Shown here: positions 36,376 to 39,712 of the stretch, piece after piece
How the letters are laid out: each line of letters starts with the position of its first letter
How positions within the stretch are numbered: the first letter of the stretch is position 1
Source of the DNA: Chiloscyllium plagiosum
Taxonomy: Eukaryota
Assembly: GCF_004010195.1 (NCBI RefSeq)
Contig: NC_057718.1
Coordinates: 68,976,918 to 69,016,629, forward strand
Length of the DNA stretch: 39,712 nt
Direction: 5' to 3'
The notes under the pieces: model-generated
What the model saw: only the letters and a program-made list of their open reading frames with translations
The model's database searches: none
What the model was told of the DNA's origin: nothing
Position numbers and translations under genes: made by a program

Positions 36376-36679
36376 TGGTTGGTTTTATAAGATGTTTATC
36401 AATTCTTCATGCACTCAATAATTTTGAACAGTAGTCACTGACATTATGTGGACAAACATTGCAGCCAATCTGCAATATCAAATGAATCTATTATTCTTTT
36501 GCATCTGAGATCTCCCTCTAACATTACAAAATCTTCATAACACTCTTGAAGCACAAGTACTTTTTCTGTACCAATAAATCACAAAGGTAATAACACTGTA
36601 TGAGAGGATGGTGCTGATTGATTGATTAGTGGACTCTTGATTGGAAGTGGCTTTGCCATGGAAAATGAGAAAAATGAAA

Positions 36680-37175
36680 AATTGGAATGGGTTCAGAAAA
36701 GATTTACAAGGATGTTGCTGAGACTGGAGGGTTTGAGTTATAAGGAGAGGCTGGTTAGGCTGGGAGTTCTTCACTGGAGGGTAGGAGGATGAGGGGTGAT
36801 TTATTAGAGATTTATAAAATAATGAGGGGCATAGATAAGGTGAATAGCAAAGATCTTTCCCCTAGTATAGGGGAGTTTAAAACTAGAGGGCTTATTTTTA
36901 AGGTGAGAAGAGAAAGATTTGAAAGGGACCTGAGGGGCAGCTTTTTCAACAGATGGTTGTTTGTATGTAGAATGCACTATGAACAGAGGAAGTGGTAGAT
37001 GCAGTTTCAGTTACAATGTTTAAAAGACGTTTGGATAGGAACGTGAATAGAAAAGGTTTAGAGGGATGTGGGCCAAATGTAGCCAAGTGGGACTATCTTA
37101 GTTTGGGAAACTTGGTCGGCATGGGTGAATTGGACTGAAAGTTCTGTTTCTGTGCTGTATGACTGTATGATTCTA
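36680..37175 (+). mobile_element. CR1 3' end
   Basis: MRGDLLEIYKIMRGIDKV...KTRG; tail gtgctgtatgactgtatgattct. Confidence 0.88.
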
Positions 37176-37699
37176 AATTACCTGATGACAGCAATGAGAT
37201 AGCAGAATATATTGATTTGGAGATTAGAAAGGCTTGTAGGAAAAGCAAAGTTGTTTTAAAAAGAGGCTTTAACTTTCATGCTCATTTGAAAGAGGAAAGA
37301 AACTTGCATTAGGAAAGTAATGGATTTTTTGTATGTGTTCATATAGTTTTCTGGAGCCAACAAGAGACAAGGCTTTAATAATATTTTTCTATCAATCATT
37401 ATAATAGAATTAAATTCAAAGATTACTTCTGGAAAGGAGAAATGAAACACAATTACTTAGATTTTTGATTTTAAGGCATATTTAACAGACTTGCAACTGT
37501 AAGCTGGTCAAAACTGTTTTGGAATAGTTCCACAGATATGATATGAAAGTGCTCAAATTAATTTATCAAATGATTGACTATGAAAGAAACAAGAGCTGCG
37601 AGAAAGAAAATCTAAAACTGAAGGCTAAATACAAAGAATAATGTGCATTTATGGCACTGGGAGAGATCCTGATTGTGATTATAAACTAAATGAACAATA

Positions 37700-38018
37700 A
37701 AGTTAAGGTTCACCATATTGGTCATTTATTTGTTTTAGTGTAACCTACATATTTTTATACAGAGAGTCCTGTCCTTGTGAAGCAAAGGAATATGTCCTGA
37801 TATTGTTTTATCTTAAACTAATCAATCATTTGGGGTCTTCAGTTCTGAGCAGCATTCTCCAAAGCAATACCTCTCCAAATCAGAGTCCATCTGTTAACCA
37901 ATCAATGCCCTTTCTTATGCAGTGTCAATTGTTATTCGCTTTGAAATTTGGTAATCCTGTAATTCTGTTGTGATGTGTGCAAAACATGAAGCTTCAACAC
38001 CATGTCGTCTTTATTTCA
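37700..38018 (+). mobile_element. Probable Penelope-like terminal repeat with a decayed hammerhead
   Basis: CCAAT-like boxes, then tgtt-GTGATGT-gtgcaaaac-ATGA-agct-tc-aaca at 37966-37999, a degenerate hammerhead layout with palindromic AAGCTT. Lies next to the Penelope ORF. Confidence 0.45.
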
Positions 38019-38518
38019 NNNNNNNNNNNNNNNNNNNNNNNNNNNNNNNNNNNNNNNNNNNNNNNNNNNNNNNNNNNNNNNNNNNNNNNNNNNNNNNNNN
38101 NNNNNNNNNNNNNNNNNNNNNNNNNNNNNNNNNNNNNNNNNNNNNNNNNNNNNNNNNNNNNNNNNNNNNNNNNNNNNNNNNNNNNNNNNNNNNNNNNNNN
38201 NNNNNNNNNNNNNNNNNNNNNNNNNNNNNNNNNNNNNNNNNNNNNNNNNNNNNNNNNNNNNNNNNNNNNNNNNNNNNNNNNNNNNNNNNNNNNNNNNNNN
38301 NNNNNNNNNNNNNNNNNNNNNNNNNNNNNNNNNNNNNNNNNNNNNNNNNNNNNNNNNNNNNNNNNNNNNNNNNNNNNNNNNNNNNNNNNNNNNNNNNNNN
38401 NNNNNNNNNNNNNNNNNNNNNNNNNNNNNNNNNNNNNNNNNNNNNNNNNNNNNNNNNNNNNNNNNNNNNNNNNNNNNNNNNNNNNNNNNNNNNNNNNNNN
38501 NNNNNNNNNNNNNNNNNN
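38019..38518. other. Assembly gap (500 N)
   Basis: Continuous Ns. Confidence 1.
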
Positions 38519-38649
38519 CAAGTCAACTCTCATTACTTAAGGTTTTGATATTCCTGGGAATTGATCTAGGGAATAGATGAGCCCCAAACTTTTGTTGACT
38601 TGCAATTCTTTGTTTGCAAAGGAACAGCACAGCAGGTCAGGCAGCGTTG

Positions 38650-39400
38650 TCACTTGTGATCAGCAAATCATTGGGATGTAAGAACTGCATGCTCAGGCAT
38701 TACACCGGCATTGCAGTTCATATGACATTTGCTTCTTTGTCTTCCTGACTTGATGGCAGCATACTGTCAATGGGGACTATCACTCATCCTGCTGTTGATT
38801 AGTAGGAGTGTGAAACAGCTAACATCACATGTTGCTCAAGCTTTTGAAATGCCTTACCCTTCCAGCATAATGTGAGAAAAACCTGGCTCTTTGTAGGGTT
38901 GAAAGTGCACTTCTTAGGCTCATTTTTGAGTTTCCATGATATGCAGCGCGATGTGATCCAGTCAGAGTAATTATTATCCTGCAAGACGTCTTTGCTGTGT
39001 TCTTTTGCAACATTAAGCTTGCATAATACTCAAATGATTTGGGATCGGTTTACCAAATTGCCAATGAAGTCAATCTTATAGTACATGTAACTCTAACAAT
39101 CCACTGAAAGTGGGATGCAGTAGATAGAGGTGGAAAACCCATTAGCGGATTCCTCAACTAGAATGTTAATTGGGATTGACCTTGTTATCGTGTGTAAGGA
39201 AATTATTACATGCACTGCAGATTCAAATCTAGCAAGTGTCTCAGTTACGTATTGGAAATATACAGAAGGTAAATTAGAGGTCATTTTGTGGAAGATGCAT
39301 TTCTTGTGGAAACTGACAAGTTGAACCTAGAGGAGATGCCATGGCAGCACCATAAATTTAGGCATGTATAATGTCATTAAAGCTGAATGCAACAACATGA
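38650..39400 (-). mobile_element. Decayed Penelope-like element ORF (RT, linker, start of GIY-YIG)
   Basis: GAAMASPLG (cf. GvaMGSPLg), YFQYVTETL (cf. yfRYVDDtf), LVEESANGFSTSIYCIP (cf. t.VYRKP), LQDNNYSDWI (cf. l..NGYP), VFLTLCWKG, and YELQCRC (cf. VY.f.C.C). Confidence 0.8.
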
Positions 39401-39459
39401 GTTGCTAAGTTCATAAATTCAATGATTCAGACAATGGCAGCATTCCTAGATTATCTCAA

Positions 39460-39712
39460 TAGAGTCAGATATGTACAGCATGGAAACAGACCCTTCGGTC
39501 CAACCTGTCCATGCCAACCAGATATCCCAACCCAATCTAGTCCCACCCGGATCATATCCCTCCAAGCCCTTCCTATTCATATACCCATCCAAATGCCTCT
39601 TAAATGTTGCAATTGTACCAGCCTCCACCACATCCTCTGGCAGCTCATTCCATACACGTACCACCCTCTGTGTGAAAAAGTTGCCCCTTAGGTCTCTTTT
39701 ATATCTTTCCCC
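39460..39712 (-). mobile_element. CR1 3' end running off the window
   Basis: VRVWNELPEDVVEAGTIATFKRHLDGYMNRKGLEGY, nearly identical to 15020-15140. Confidence 0.92.

Overview
Eukaryotic (vertebrate) genomic DNA, most likely a shark or other elasmobranch, judged from HE1-type SINEs with (AATCT)n tails and dense CR1 LINEs. The window lies inside a synaptojanin-2 (SYNJ2) gene on the + strand. Five GT-AG coding exons (136-292, 6571-6682, 13340-13558, 18695-18773, 25541-25709) splice in frame and encode the end of the inositol 5-phosphatase domain and the following RRM-like region. Everything else is intron, filled with nested transposons: many CR1 LINEs, tRNA-derived SINEs, a Tigger/pogo fossil, a PIF/Harbinger fossil, a Gypsy gag, a solo LTR, a decayed R2-like retrotransposon with no 28S rDNA around it, and a Penelope-like element. 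The most unusual signal is five small (120-220 bp) fold-back insertions, each flanked by a 12-16 bp target-site duplication. They carry complete, partial or decayed minimal hammerhead-ribozyme cores (CUGAnGA-stem-GAAAC-GUC) and look like non-autonomous Penelope-derived elements. Two assembly gaps are present (14062-14939, 38019-38518). Exon boundaries and TSDs were read to the base; other repeat boundaries are approximate. Family names come from remembered motifs, not database searches.
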